Origin: Trichosphaerium sp. ATCC 40318
Lineage: Eukaryota > Protista > Tubulinea
NCBI GenBank assembly: GCA_038496445.1
Contig: JALMLS010000577.1
Coordinates: forward strand, 62,001 to 126,000
Direction of reading: 5' to 3'
DNA length: 64,000 bases
A program made the translations under genes and the position numbers. The stretch's first letter is position 1. Each line of letters starts with the position of its first letter. The notes beneath the pieces were generated by a model that was not told the origin of the DNA, ran no database searches, and saw only the letters and a program-made list of their open reading frames with translations. This document shows, in pieces, positions 49,673 through 62,300 of the stretch.

Positions 49673-49947
49673 TAGGCGCTGGTTACTAGATTTATATTGT
49701 TGTATCTAATGATGCAAAAACAGCTCTACAATACGAAAAAAAAAAGATAATTAATACCCTTGATGGTACCAACAAGTACTGTGGTATCGTGTAATAAATG
49801 GCTTTAAACGCGTGTACATAAAAGCCGTTAGTCACACGCTTGGTATTGACTGCGACAACAAAGGACAAGACCTGGTTGGTTGTCTATATATACAGGAAAT
49901 GACATACAGGAATTGTCAACAGAGAGGCTTCCATGTTTCCACTTGAA

Positions 49948-50830
49948 TCACGTATACAAAAGTGCATCCTTGTGTCCCTGGCATCGCAGTTCTAGGGTCA
50001 ATGTGTAGCTCCTCCAAAGATACTTGCCTTGTGCACGTGATGTATTAGCAAAGTTTGTATTGTGCTCTGTTGTACCTCTTGGAGACTTGGCCGCTCACTT
50101 CTACCACTGTCCCTGGCTCTAAAAAGACATCGTCATAGTCTTGGGGAAATAGAGCAATAATATCTTGGCCAATGTGTGATGACGTGTTGTGAATGCGTAT
50201 CCGTTCTTCCCTCCCTTAATCCTTTTGTTTAGATTGCAGAACTATTGCGTTGACTAAGTAGTTGGTACCACGGAGGAGGGGCAGCTGGCGAAAGTCGGAT
50301 TCTGTGGCCTATCAAACAAACATGTGAGTAATACTTGTAAAGCATTAAAACAGCTACCTGTTCGCCTTCTTCTATGGTTGCAACCAACACTTGCATGCCC
50401 TAACCACATTGTAAAGTGACAAGTGTCAAGCGATTGTTGCTGCGAGGGTGCCAGCGAGATGGTAGGCGCACGGTTTCAATCAAGGGTTTTTTTTCCGTCT
50501 TTCGCTTTTTGCGCGCTTTTTTGTCTTTACGCTTGTCACGGTGTTGCTTCTTTTCAGGATGTTTGCGTTTGGTGGGTGCTTCGTCCGTTGCACTAGGTTT
50601 TTGTTTGGGCGCTATTGAATCTTCAAACAGGAGGACGTTGTGTTGTAGTATCATATTGCTTTTATCCTCTGGTCGTTAAGCCTTTAGTTTACGGCGAAAA
50701 AGCGCGTACCTGGGAAGGATGCGTTACGCAGCCACGCCTTGTCTCCAAATACTTGATTGGTGCTATAAGTGCATCAGTGCAAAGCCAATACAATAATAAT
50801 AGCGCTTTACGTTTCAACATTGCCAAACAT
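49948..50830 (-). CDS. Uncharacterised protein with a Lys-rich NLS-like segment
   Basis: GT-AG-joined exons: GDKAWLRNASFP / ...KRKHPEKKQHRDKRKDKKARKKRK... / DDVFLEPGTVVEVSGQV. Confidence 0.5.
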
Positions 50831-51158
50831 GTGTGGTTAACACCAATAGACTTGGCTATTGATTACTCTTGAAGGTGTACTAGCATCACGTGGTCTAGCA
50901 ATCGGGATTGACAATTGTTTTTTAAATCTTTTGAGGTTTTTGTTGGCAGAACTTGGCTGACTTGTTCAAATTCTTGGGCAGAAATCAGGAGCTCAACGCT
51001 ACAAACAGACTAAATTAGTGTGTAAGCGCAGTGGTATTACAATTCTTTCGAGCACATTTAACGGGTATGCAATTGTGCTATCATTCCCTTTAGCAATGCG
51101 CGATCGACGCGACAGTGTTAATTATAGATCTAGTTTTATATTGTAAAATACCGACCAA

Positions 51159-51663
51159 ATGGCCGACAAGCACACCGATACGAGTTTTGAGGATCGTGGA
51201 ACAATCAGCGATGCGTTAGGTAATTTTAAGCGCTTATTGCACTTTACAAAACAAAAAACAGCTAAACACACGCAGGTAACCTCACGGAGAAATTACTTGG
51301 TGCACTTTTGCGTATAGATCAACTAGAAGAGCGGTTGGAAAAGACACAAGACCAAACAAGGTAAGTTGTGTCAATTGTTTTATTATTGTTGGGTTTCAGT
51401 CATAATCATACCCAACAAGCGATGGAGAGGATGGCAATACAACGCCGCGTAGTGAACACAGACGAAAACACGACGTCAATGAGACGCAGTTTTCTACATC
51501 AGAGGTTGGCCTGTTAAAGATTGATAATGCACAATTAAAGAAGAAAGTGCGCGAACTAACAAAGTCGTTGGAAGCTACACGACAAGAAATGAAGAAAAAA
51601 CTAAAAGAAAAAGACAGAAAGATAGAGTCTCTAAAGGAAGAAAGAAAAGGTCACAGAAACTGA
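51159..51663 (+). CDS. Small coiled-coil protein (3 exons)
   Basis: MADKHTDTSF.../GNLTEKLLGALLRIDQLEERLEK.../...LKIDNAQLKKKVRELTKSLEATRQEMKKKL...RN*, with canonical splice sites. Confidence 0.65.
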
Positions 51664-52060
51664 ACGACACCAATAATACAATCCCAGCATTTATCACAAT
51701 TACAAGTGATGAGACATGTCAGGTAGCGCTTGACAACGTAAATTTGATGATAATCAAATTATGACTTTGTGTAAAATGTCAAAAATATTTTGATTATTCG
51801 ACTACTTGGTACAGACAACGCAGTTTTCTTTGTTAAATGCGACACCAATACGTTGCAAGTAAACATACCCGTACAAATTGTACGCGAGTTCAATCGTTTG
51901 AGACGTTATGTGTCATATTCCTCAAGACTGCTAAGTAGTATCAGTTGCAAAGTATACATGACATGTGCTAGGATTTTACTACGTGTTTTTTCTGGGGTTT
52001 GGTGGCGGACGGTTGTTGACTTGCTCAATTTACGTCGTTACTGTAATTACTACGCTACGT

Positions 52061-52304
52061 ATGGACGACCAACTATCAAAGTACGCGTTAAACTTGCTTT
52101 TAAGCATAACACGTATTTTAGCGATTACCCACAATGGGCTTACGGCTTGATTGGCGTACTTGTGTTATTTCACGTAGGCGCATTCGTATCCACTACATTT
52201 TAAAAACTGTCGCTTTAATTTATTATTTTTGGCCTTAACGCCTTGAGGCCTATTGGATATACTTGTTGAACGCTGGTACAAAGAAAAAGCATAAGAATAG
52301 GTAG
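52061..52304 (+). CDS. 46-aa single-TM microprotein (3 exons)
   Basis: Spliced product MDDQLSN DYPQWAYGLIGVLVLFHVGAF AYWIYLLNAGTKKKHKNR*. The second acceptor is the unusual GAG. Confidence 0.5.
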
Positions 52305-52641
52305 AGAAAACAGAAATTAGCCATATTTTGATGTCCCAATAAACACCATTCTGAACATTTCCGTATTTTTGGGATGATCATTGCACACATGAACACGCTC
52401 CTTGTCAGTTGTGCGCTATCTGTTGGCCAACAAATCCTGTACTAGCTGTCACTGAAATCCTGTCTGTTTTGATGAGTTGGTCACTTTCTATCCACAGTGA
52501 GGGAGGTGGTGTTGTGTAGTCAAAAGTGGAGTTATAATAGGCGGTTTTGGGTTTTATGTACAAAGTTAAATGGACTTGATTTGTGTTCACTACTTTATTA
52601 TTTTTAAGTGCGTACAGTGAACAGCAGAGTCTACAGGCAAC

Positions 52642-55634
52642 ATGAAAACTTGCGTAAAGATCACGTTTTGGTCACTATTGGTGCTACTCGTGGGGTCAAT
52701 TGCGTTTATGGCTCTTCTTTCTCACATAAACCGGTACGCATCACGTGCGTATTGTTGTGGCATAAATACGCGAAACGGCACAAAATAGAGTTAAAACGCT
52801 TCTTACTTTTCTGGTCTTTCCACAGCAGCTAACAAGCTATAGACCACACCTAAGTATCGTCGTGTCGCTTCGAAATGACAACTATGGAGGTTTGTGGCGT
52901 GTTAGGCGTGTCAACCGACTGTTAACCTTCTTTTGTAGGAAATGCTTTTCATCGGTTTAAACACTTTGTACGCAATATCAATTATCAAGCAAACAGGACT
53001 GGGATGCGGTACAAATTGAAGAGCTTTTGTTTTCTGACCTTTCTTTACTTCCTGTAACGCTAACTTGGAAAAGTCTGGAATTGGTGGTTGTCGAATGGAA
53101 TCCGCCTTTGGAGAGACAAAGCATTGCACGTGAGCTCGAACTATCAAAGCTGTCGTCTATTCCTTCCGTCAACGTAATCACAGTACGTCATTACACAATA
53201 AATAGACCATTCGGCACTCACACGAGCAATGTAAAGGTGCCTCTCGCCTACCACTCGGTATTAACCCACTCTGAACGTCGAGACATGTATGAATTCATTG
53301 CCAAGAATGTCGGCATTAGACGGGTGCGAATTGAATATGTCTTGTGACCTTGGGTGTTCGTAACGATGGATAGGCACAAGGTAGATGGATTCTTACCACA
53401 AATGGTGACGTTATCTTGTCTGATGCAGCTTGGGACTTTATGGCTAGTAACAAGTACGTCAGCTCTTGACAGGACTTTCTCAACTTCGGGGATTCGTTCG
53501 TTAACCCATAGTCATCAGAATGAAAGACTCGTCATACTATCGCGTTGGATTGCAGAACAGCGGACACATCTTGCCCGAGGACATTGAACCTTCCAAGATT
53601 GCTAAAAGACTTCATGACGATGTCGACTCCATTTTTGGAAAACATGACACTTTCCAAATTGACCAGGACTGGTACTTGTTCTATTTAATGGATCCGCTTT
53701 TTGACAAGCAACTTTGATTATAAATAGAGCTGACTTGGTGTAACATTTAGGTCACCATTAAGAAAGGCTGAGGAGATGATGCGTTTCTGGAACACAGAGC
53801 GTGCTTACATCAACCAAGGCACGTGCCATCAAACATACAGAAACTGTATCTCTCCTTGACTGTCTTATTTATGTGTAGACCAACCAACTGAACCATATTA
53901 CGCTGCCAGCGGAGATTTCATTCTCATGTCTAAAAAGAATTGGCATGCTCTTCGTGGATTCGACGAGGAAGCCATCCACACCTACATGCACTGGGATTCC
54001 CAAATGCTATCTAAAGCTGCTGCTCATGGCCTAAAGGAGGTAGGTAGCCACCATTGATGTCGTTTATGTTGACCCTTTGCTTTCAGGAAGTATTGCTGCC
54101 GCCAATAGAGACTTATCACATGTGGCATTATAAGAACCAATGGAAAAAATCATATGCTAGCGTTACAACTAACTTGGGCGCATTGAACTGGCAAAATCAG
54201 TTTATGAAGGAGCTTGGTGATGCTTGTAGTTTCAACCACGACAACTGGGGCATTAACACTGCCAGCTTCGCAGAGAATCACTTGGTGCACGGCAATAAAC
54301 AGGGATTGTTGAAACGTGTGATGACGCGCATTGGTCGTGGTATACACGAGTTGGTAGATAAAAACGCAACGGTACCGCAGTGTCAGCACCTCATTCGCCA
54401 ACAAAAAGAAGACAGTACTACCAGACCAAACATGCATTCTGGAAAAGAGAAACGCAGCGTGCTATCAGTTCAAACAGTAATATCAAGCTTTCTTGTGGAC
54501 GACTACGCCATCCAAGTCAGCAACGCCACGCTTTGTCAGGTATTAGTATCATTAAAGATAAATATGCACACCACCTTAAACCCTTGTTACAGAACGACAC
54601 ACAGATAATAACCTGGACCAATGCCACAGAGTCGGATATGTGGGTTGGTATTTGGCAGGAAGATGGCGAGGGCGAGTTCCTTGCGTGGATTGGTATGACG
54701 GCTTGAAAACAAGCTATTGTTTGCTTATTACCTAACACGTGCTTTTGTAGAAAAATATGGATTGCCGACTGTGAATGGTTCTTTTGAGTACACGCTAGAG
54801 GATTGTGCCAGCATGGTGCGTCCCTTTTTTCTTGGCAATTTCCTCTATTACCCTTTTGTTTCTAACACTTGTGTAGGGCTACATTGCATACCTCAACATT
54901 GGCAATTTTACAGAGTCCGAATCGATGAATGATACTATGCCTGTTGCACAGGTTGCATTTGAAGGTAACCGTGCCGAGATGAGCGTTAGCTAACATTTGC
55001 TTGTTTAGTGTTTGAATTACCTGATTGCACGACTGCTACAACATCTCCAACCTGCCCAGCTTGGCAACAAGCACCAACAGAGGCACCAACGGCGATACCC
55101 GTGGCACCGACACTGGCGCCAATGGCACCCACTACAGAGGTACCCACAATGGTGCCTGCCACACCTATCGCACCTACTACAGTCACGCCAACTGCCGAAC
55201 CTTCAGCGCCTCTTGCACCCACCACGGAAACGCCCACAGCACCGACTAGCGCCCCAACTACACAGCCTACGACAGAACCTACAGAACCTACAGCGCCTAC
55301 CACACCTACAGTAGCACCTTTAGCGCCAACCGAAGCTCCTACTACGGGAGTACCTAGTGAGCCTATCGCACCTATAGCGCCTACCGCACCTACAGCGGCA
55401 CCTTTAGCGCCAACCACCACAGCACCTAAACCTCCAACACAATCACCTACAACACGACCACCCATGGCAATGCCGCCGTTTGACCAGCCTACAGAAGCGC
55501 CAGTAGGATTGTCCAGCGGTGCAATAGCTGGCGCTGTGATTGGTGGTCTCGTAGGTATTCTCTTACTAGGCGCGATCATCGCTGCTCTCTACTACTTCAT
55601 TATCCAAAGGTCCAGTTATGAGCGCGTCTCCTAG
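52642..55634 (+). CDS. GT-A/GT2-like glycosyltransferase fused to a Pro/Thr-rich mucin-like stalk and C-terminal TM
   Basis: N-terminal TM, then LSIVVSLRNDNYGG, ELVVVEWNPP, EFIAKNVGIRR/AQGRWILTTNGD, AASGDFILM..W..LRGFDE and YHMWH. The frame continues through spliced exons into PT/APT repeats, a TM (AIAGAVIGGLVGILLLGAIIAALYYFII) and tail SSYERVS*. Confidence 0.7.
55077..55500 (+). repeat. Coding imperfect repeat encoding APT/PTE/PTT units
   Basis: Recurrent gcacc(t/a)ac motifs encoding a Pro/Thr/Ala-rich stalk. Confidence 0.8.
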
Positions 55635-55786
55635 CTGACCAGCCAGAATTAATAAACAACATGTGCGCTGAAGCGTCACACTTCTTTTTACGTTGACAAT
55701 TTTGCGTTTCAGTTTTTGTGGAATAATTTTGATTTATTTAACATACGATACGAACAGTCCACCAGCTAAGGTGAGAGTACTGTACT

Positions 55787-58700
55787 CTAGTCGTCCTTTG
55801 CCTTGGTAGTTTGCATTTGGTTGTTGAGTGTATTTCTTATGTATTCTTTACCCATGACATAGCCCTACACAAATTATGAGTGATGGATATAATTAATTGG
55901 CTTCTGGTTTTTTGATGCAAATGAATGAATTGTTGAAAAAAACTATGGTGGCACGTGCTTGATTAGCCGCCGCTCTTGCAACTGGCTCTAGTGCTTTCAG
56001 TATGCCCAATTGGTATAGTACTACGGTAGTTCCGCCGAGACCAGCGACTAGTACAAAGTACAAAGGACTTGTCAAAACGCTCCAAATCTCGTTCCAACCG
56101 AGAACAACGAGCAGAACGATCATGTAGATTGGAATAGATGCTCGAGATTTAGCATTTTCTTGTTCTCTGAGCGCTTCTCTGTATGTTGCCTCTGCGTGGC
56201 TCCTGAAAGACTCAAGCAAGTGACGGCAATCATCAGGAGAGAGAACCTCCTTCACTTCGTCAACTGTAGGTGGATCATCGACAACGACTAGCCTCTGTCC
56301 AACTTTGGAAAAGTAAGTCAATTCGTCATCTTCTTCTTCCAATCTGATGATAGAAAGCGCATCAAGCATGGTTTCCGTCTATGCAAAAAAACGCTGTTAA
56401 AATCTGCACAGGAGGCAATGGGGGGGTAGGGAGTGTGACTTACCATGGATTTGGCCTTGATGTAGTATGTGGAGACGTCATCGCTACACAACTGTATTAG
56501 GCCACACATTCACTTAAAAGGGTACGTACGTAGGTAACCAGCGTTTTGGAATACCGCTATCGTCTAGTCTAAAGTGTGCGTTGAAGGAACGATCCATAAA
56601 GAGGAGAAGGTTGCTGGCTTTCTCTCTAACAATCTTGGACAGAACCTTGAAAACCAACTGCTCAATCTCTTCGCGCTTGCTAGCGAGTTCTTTTTCATCG
56701 ACACGGAAACCTAAAGCGGGGTAAGATAGTGACCTAAGGGTGCTCTCTTTCTATAAAAATATGTATATTTTGAAGGCGTACTCTCTGTCAAGTTGTTCAA
56801 GATTGTTTGAACAAGATCGTCCTTTTTGGCGCTGTATAACTTTCTAACTTGTGTCCACATGTTTCCTTTAGCCTGGCACACAACTAGGTAAGCATACGTC
56901 GCACAATGCGTTCATCCATACCTTTTCAAAGAGCACACCCAATCGTCTACCCAATCCTCTCGATATTGCGGACTAAACACAAATATGAGCTACCCAACAC
57001 TTGTAAAAAAAAAAGAATAATAATAATTGGGATAAACTGGAGTCCCGCGTCATTCAACAACATCCACAACAATGTTTTTCTTATTTTCTGGCATGACGTT
57101 ACCTTGGCATTCTCGATAAGCAAGGTGAGTTGATTGTCTCTCTCCTTATCAACGGCATCCTTCATGAAGAGTTCGAGCTCCTGTAACCGCTGTTTAAAGT
57201 CCCAATCGAACAATTTTATGAGAGATGCGGATGCAGACGTCACAAATGATTCTCTGGCCTCCTGTACTAGCGCATCGGCAACGTTGACAAAGTCCTTGCA
57301 AGGTTCTTTGCTTGGTAGTTTATCCCTGAACCTCTCCAAAAACTTTTGTTTCGCAATGCCGACTAGCGAAGCGATCTGGTTGTCATATATTGGTTTCAGC
57401 GCACCGTCCATCTTTGCAAGAAGATCTTCACGCTTTTTATTGCTACAATGTCGTTAGTCAGCTTCTTACTTTTAGGCAGCGCAAGTGGTTTTTTTCAAAA
57501 GGCAAATAAAAAAACCCGTTCAAAGGAGAGAACGCACCTAATCTCGGACAAATATCGTTTTGCTAATTTGTCGTATTCTTGAACAACCTTCTCGACAAGA
57601 ACGGACGCTGTTGTACCGAAATTTGGGATCGTATCTTGTGTCTTGAGCGGTTCCTTGAGGGTATTTGGTCAAAAACGATAAGGTTGGTTGATATTGGCAT
57701 TGCATGTGTGTACCTTGAGAGTAACGAGTTCTTCTTCAAATGTCTTGTATGCATTGGCACTAATTTCGTCACATCGATATATAGCTAACATTTCCTTTTG
57801 GCTCGGTAAATTCAAATCCTTGTTGGCTTGTATCGTCTCCCAGATGCCCTTGGCGTATCGTGGTAAGCCATCTGCTGGAACGTCATTCTTGTAGTCTGGA
57901 CCCAAGACGTATTTGTCCGATGTCTTGTCAACGAACATTCTTCGCAATTCCTTGACTCTGCTGTTGAACTCTGCAGCTGCCCACTTTTTGTGTGGCAATG
58001 AAAAGTATCTGTATTCGAAGAAATCTGTTGGTTTGGAGGATGCCTGTGCCGCAATGTGAGTCCATGACACCACCCAATACAACATAAGAGAGTAAGACGT
58101 ACTTGTTCGTCTGGTTTTGCCATGCCAGCCCAAATGTTGTCCATATCTTCCTGTTTTTAAAGTAAATGAGGATAGTCCCACAATCTCAATTTATAAAGGG
58201 GCAGTGTACGTACAGCTATGGTTGCTTCTAACTTGTCCAAGCCGGTCTCACCATCGAAATCACGTAGAACGAATACAATCAACTGCTTTTTTGATCTAGT
58301 ACACGAGAAAATGTGAGCGCACACGTTTGGATTTCAAAAAGAGACAAATGCGGACTTGTTGGATTGGAACAGCTGTAAGTTGAGTTCGAATACAATTTTC
58401 AAGAGAGAGTAGTTTGCGCCCTCGTGACGGCCTACATCATGCGCCCACATGTTAATCAACAACACTTCCGAAAGTGCCAAAGATAGTAATGACGTCTTTC
58501 TTTCGAAGGCCTATGTATTAGGTGAGGTTGGTCCACTTGTCTAAACCTAAAACATTCCAATCTTTTTTTTTTTTTACAATTCTGATGTTAATGAAACTTA
58601 TTTGTGCAAAGGTATTTGCGGCAAGATGTCCTGAAACAGGCGTATTCAAAACAATCGGAAAAATTGGTTCTTCATGTAAAAGTCACGTACGCCATGGTCT

Positions 58701-59123
58701 TCACCACGTTCGCGGGAATCTGTACCCTCCACATCCATTACCAGCACATTTTCGCTGAGCGACACCCAAACGCCCACCGTTGTCTGCGTCCTACCTTTCG
58801 AGGCGTTCATAACTTCGAAGTCCGTGTCGAAAAGGCCATTTAGGAGAGTACCTAGCGTGTTACTTACTACTTAGCGCGTACGCAATGAAAACGTACTCTT
58901 TCCGCTACTTTGACAACCTAGGATAGCTACAAGGTAGTAATCGCAGTCCCTATCATAAAATCCTCTATCTTTGAAATTATCGGCTAATTCATCCCTACGT
59001 GAGATGTTACAACGTTGATTGGCGCGGAAAAGGAGCCTACACGAATTGCCCTTCTCCATCTAACATTTGCATTGGTGCATTAGATGTGACAATAGCACCG
59101 TCACTAGGTGTTGTTTCACTCAT
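55787..59123 (-). CDS. SEY1: Sey1/RHD3 atlastin-like ER fusion GTPase
   Basis: [66 protein letters not shown] and [15 protein letters not shown]-terminal TM hairpin [14 protein letters not shown]. Confidence 0.96.
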
Positions 59124-59391
59124 CGTTGATGCTTTTATCGGTCAATCAATAGTACAACACTTAAGTTACATCAAAAAACTTGAACGTCAGTCTCTAGTCT
59201 GTAACAACACACAAACGCATTTTCCTCTTTCAGTCTATTTTCGAGAAACTTGATTGAACGTGACAACCTTATGTATTGATTGATAGGGGTTGATAGAAAT
59301 GATTTTGGCTACTGATTGATTGGGCAGTAAGGGTTTTGGTTTTTTTTTTTTTTGCGCGTTAGGCAAAACGTGTATTATACAATGTTACAAT

Positions 59392-62300
59392 CTACTTCTC
59401 CTTGTCTTTGTCCTTGTCCTTATCCTTGTCTTTCTCTTTCTTGCTGGATCTTTTACTGACCCGGAAGAGATTTGTTTTCTTGTCACTCTTAGATTTTGAG
59501 CGCTTTCTACCGCCATTCTCTGTTGAGTTACCTCGGTTCCTGTTTCCACTATTAATTTTGGACGAACTCGGATGCGCAAAGGCACTGTCAGATATGCCGC
59601 GTTGGCGCGTTTTTAAATGAGTGAGGTCTTGGATCTTTGGTTTGTGCTCAATCTTCTCCAAGAGGCGTGGATCTACGCCCTTAGAACTTTTACCGTACAC
59701 GCGAGGAGAAAGTTTACTCTCTCTCAACGCAGACAAGCCACCACCCGGTGTTCGCGCAACGTTAGTTGCTAAACCGCCACCACGCGTATCTGAGCTTCGT
59801 GAAGGCCTGTGTATGTTGTTTGAAAATCTATTTGAAGTAGAAGCGCTGATGCGGTTTCTACCTCCTTTGTAAGGCATATCTGTAAATAACGCGTGTCGTA
59901 GGAGATCGGAAGCGTTAGGGCGATCAGTAGGATTGCGACAAAGGCAGCTGCGGATAAATCTGAGGCAGTTATCCGACACATTCTGCGGCATGTCAGGTTC
60001 AGCTGTATCTGATGCGATCTGAAACAGCGCTGAGATGGTAGACAGATGGTGCCAAGGAGGGTGCGCTAATAATAATAAATAAATCAAAATTGTATGTTTA
60101 AGCATATGAGTAGACAAAAAAAAGGGGAAGGGAGACTGGGTTGGGTTACCTGTAGCCATTTCTATGACACAACAGCCCACGGACCAAATATCGCATTTGC
60201 CATCATAAGCATTCTTACTTCCTGCGCGTATCACTTCAGGAGCCATCCTACATTTGAACCGGTTAGTTTTAAACTAAGTCAACCATATCATAATTACCAG
60301 TGCGGTGTTCCTGTAAATGTTTTGAGGCCACCACCACCTTCAAGCTCAAAGGGCGTCTGGTGCATGCTGCCCTCAAGGGACATATCCGCTGCTATTTTAG
60401 TAGCAGCTCCAAAGTCGGTGAGCTTGACAACGGCATAGTTGTCTACTAGTACCTAATCCACAATTAGTTTCGATGTTTTAGCGGTTGTAGCTGGGAAGTA
60501 CGTACGTTTGCACATTTAATATCGCGATGCACTATTTTTTGAGAATGCAAGTACTCCAATCCAAGCAGTATTTGTTTAGTGTACACACGTATCAGTGTGT
60601 CATCTAGTACACCAAATTTGTTGTACAGACTATGCAAAGAGCCTCCTGGACAATACTCCAAGAATATATTGAGTGTGCCGCTACTTGGAAGCACTTCGCA
60701 GCCTAGGTAATGTACAATATTTGGGTGATCCAGTTCAGAGAGCAGCTTAATCTCCCTCTGTAATCCCTTCACGTTGGCTTGTTTGTTGGGATCCATTAGA
60801 ATCTTTTTTACAGCTATCATTTCACCTAACAGGATAACAGGTAAATGATACAACTCTTTTTTTTTTTTTTTTGGAACAAGCAATAAATACAATACAGAAA
60901 TAGTTTGCTGCACAAACAAAAAAAAAAAAAAAAAAAAAACCCAAGTGGGAGTGGTTACTTACCCGTGTCGCGATTCAGCGCAAGATAGACCTCGCCGTAT
61001 GCGCCTCTCCCAACAAGAGGACCTTGAGACCACTGGGACGGTAATTGTTGCGGTATATTCGGACGTCTTCCTATCATACTAGCAATACTGGATTGTGACT
61101 GTGAATCGTCAGTCCAGGACTGTGACATTGTGCTGGCATCGACACCTTCTGTTACATAAATTTTGCAGGTGGCATTAATGCCTTGGTCAAACATCACGTT
61201 TAGAGCGTCTCTAAGCTCAGATGTTGAACCTATGCTTATAGTATCGCCCTAACACCGCTGGTCAGTGACGGTATTTTTTTGGGCTTTATAAGAAATGATG
61301 GTGCGTGCTTACGTCTTCATCCTTGTACTGCATCCGAGGGTGGCTAATTTTAAATAGTCTTTTCAGCGTTTTTTTAAACGATTTGTAGACTACATCGCCT
61401 CCCACTGTTACTGCACGAATATCGTCCTGATAGCAGAATTTGACACGAATCTACATTACCCCAGTTAGACACAGCACTTAATATGCGTCTATAGGCGCAT
61501 TTGTTCCACGTACAGTGTTACTTTTGCGCCTAGGCGAAAATCTGAGGGAGGACGCTGGACTTGGAGACCTTGCATGACCTAAATGATCACTAATGTAGTC
61601 CTGAGATTGATTGGAATGATACGATGATGATCTATTATTTTTTTTCATGTTAGTACGTTGATTCATTATAGAAATCTGTGTGGACGCACCCAAATCCGTT
61701 ATCTCCTGCGGAAGTGTCACCTTGAGACTCAATCAATAACACAGAGAAATCGCCCAGAATGTGTTTTCCGGTGTTGGAGAGTCCTCCATACAGGTAAACC
61801 TTATCCCCGCACTGATTCGTAGTGTGAAAGTACCGCGACTCCGGAACATCGCCGTCTGTATTTATAATACACCAGCTGTTATCCCCTAAGACAACTAATG
61901 TCAGACTTTCTGGGGTTTTTTTTGTAGTACGATTTTAGCTAGCTAGCTAGCCCACTTACAAAAATCATAGCGATAGACGAGGTTCAGAGACGGTTCACCT
62001 TCTCCGCCAAAGTACATGATATACTTGTCTTCCATAAGACAACTACAAGCGCCCCTACGCGGCGTAGGCGCAGGCCCTGAGGTTGTGAGACAGCTCCACT
62101 GGCGTTTGTCTAAATCCAGACCGTCAAAATCCACAATGGACACGTACATACAAGTAGTTCAAAGTAACGTACAAAAGTCAAAAGTGTAAAGTGCATTTGC
62201 GTGTTGTTCTGCAGTGCCGCCCAATAAATACAATTTTTTTTGCTGGGAAAAAAGTGAATAAGGGCAATTTGGTCGATGACTTAGAGATAACAATGCGAAC

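Noticed and set aside
54986-55579. 197-aa Gly/Val/Ala-rich minus-strand ORF
   Set aside because: Antisense shadow of the Pro/Thr/Ala repeat on the plus strand.
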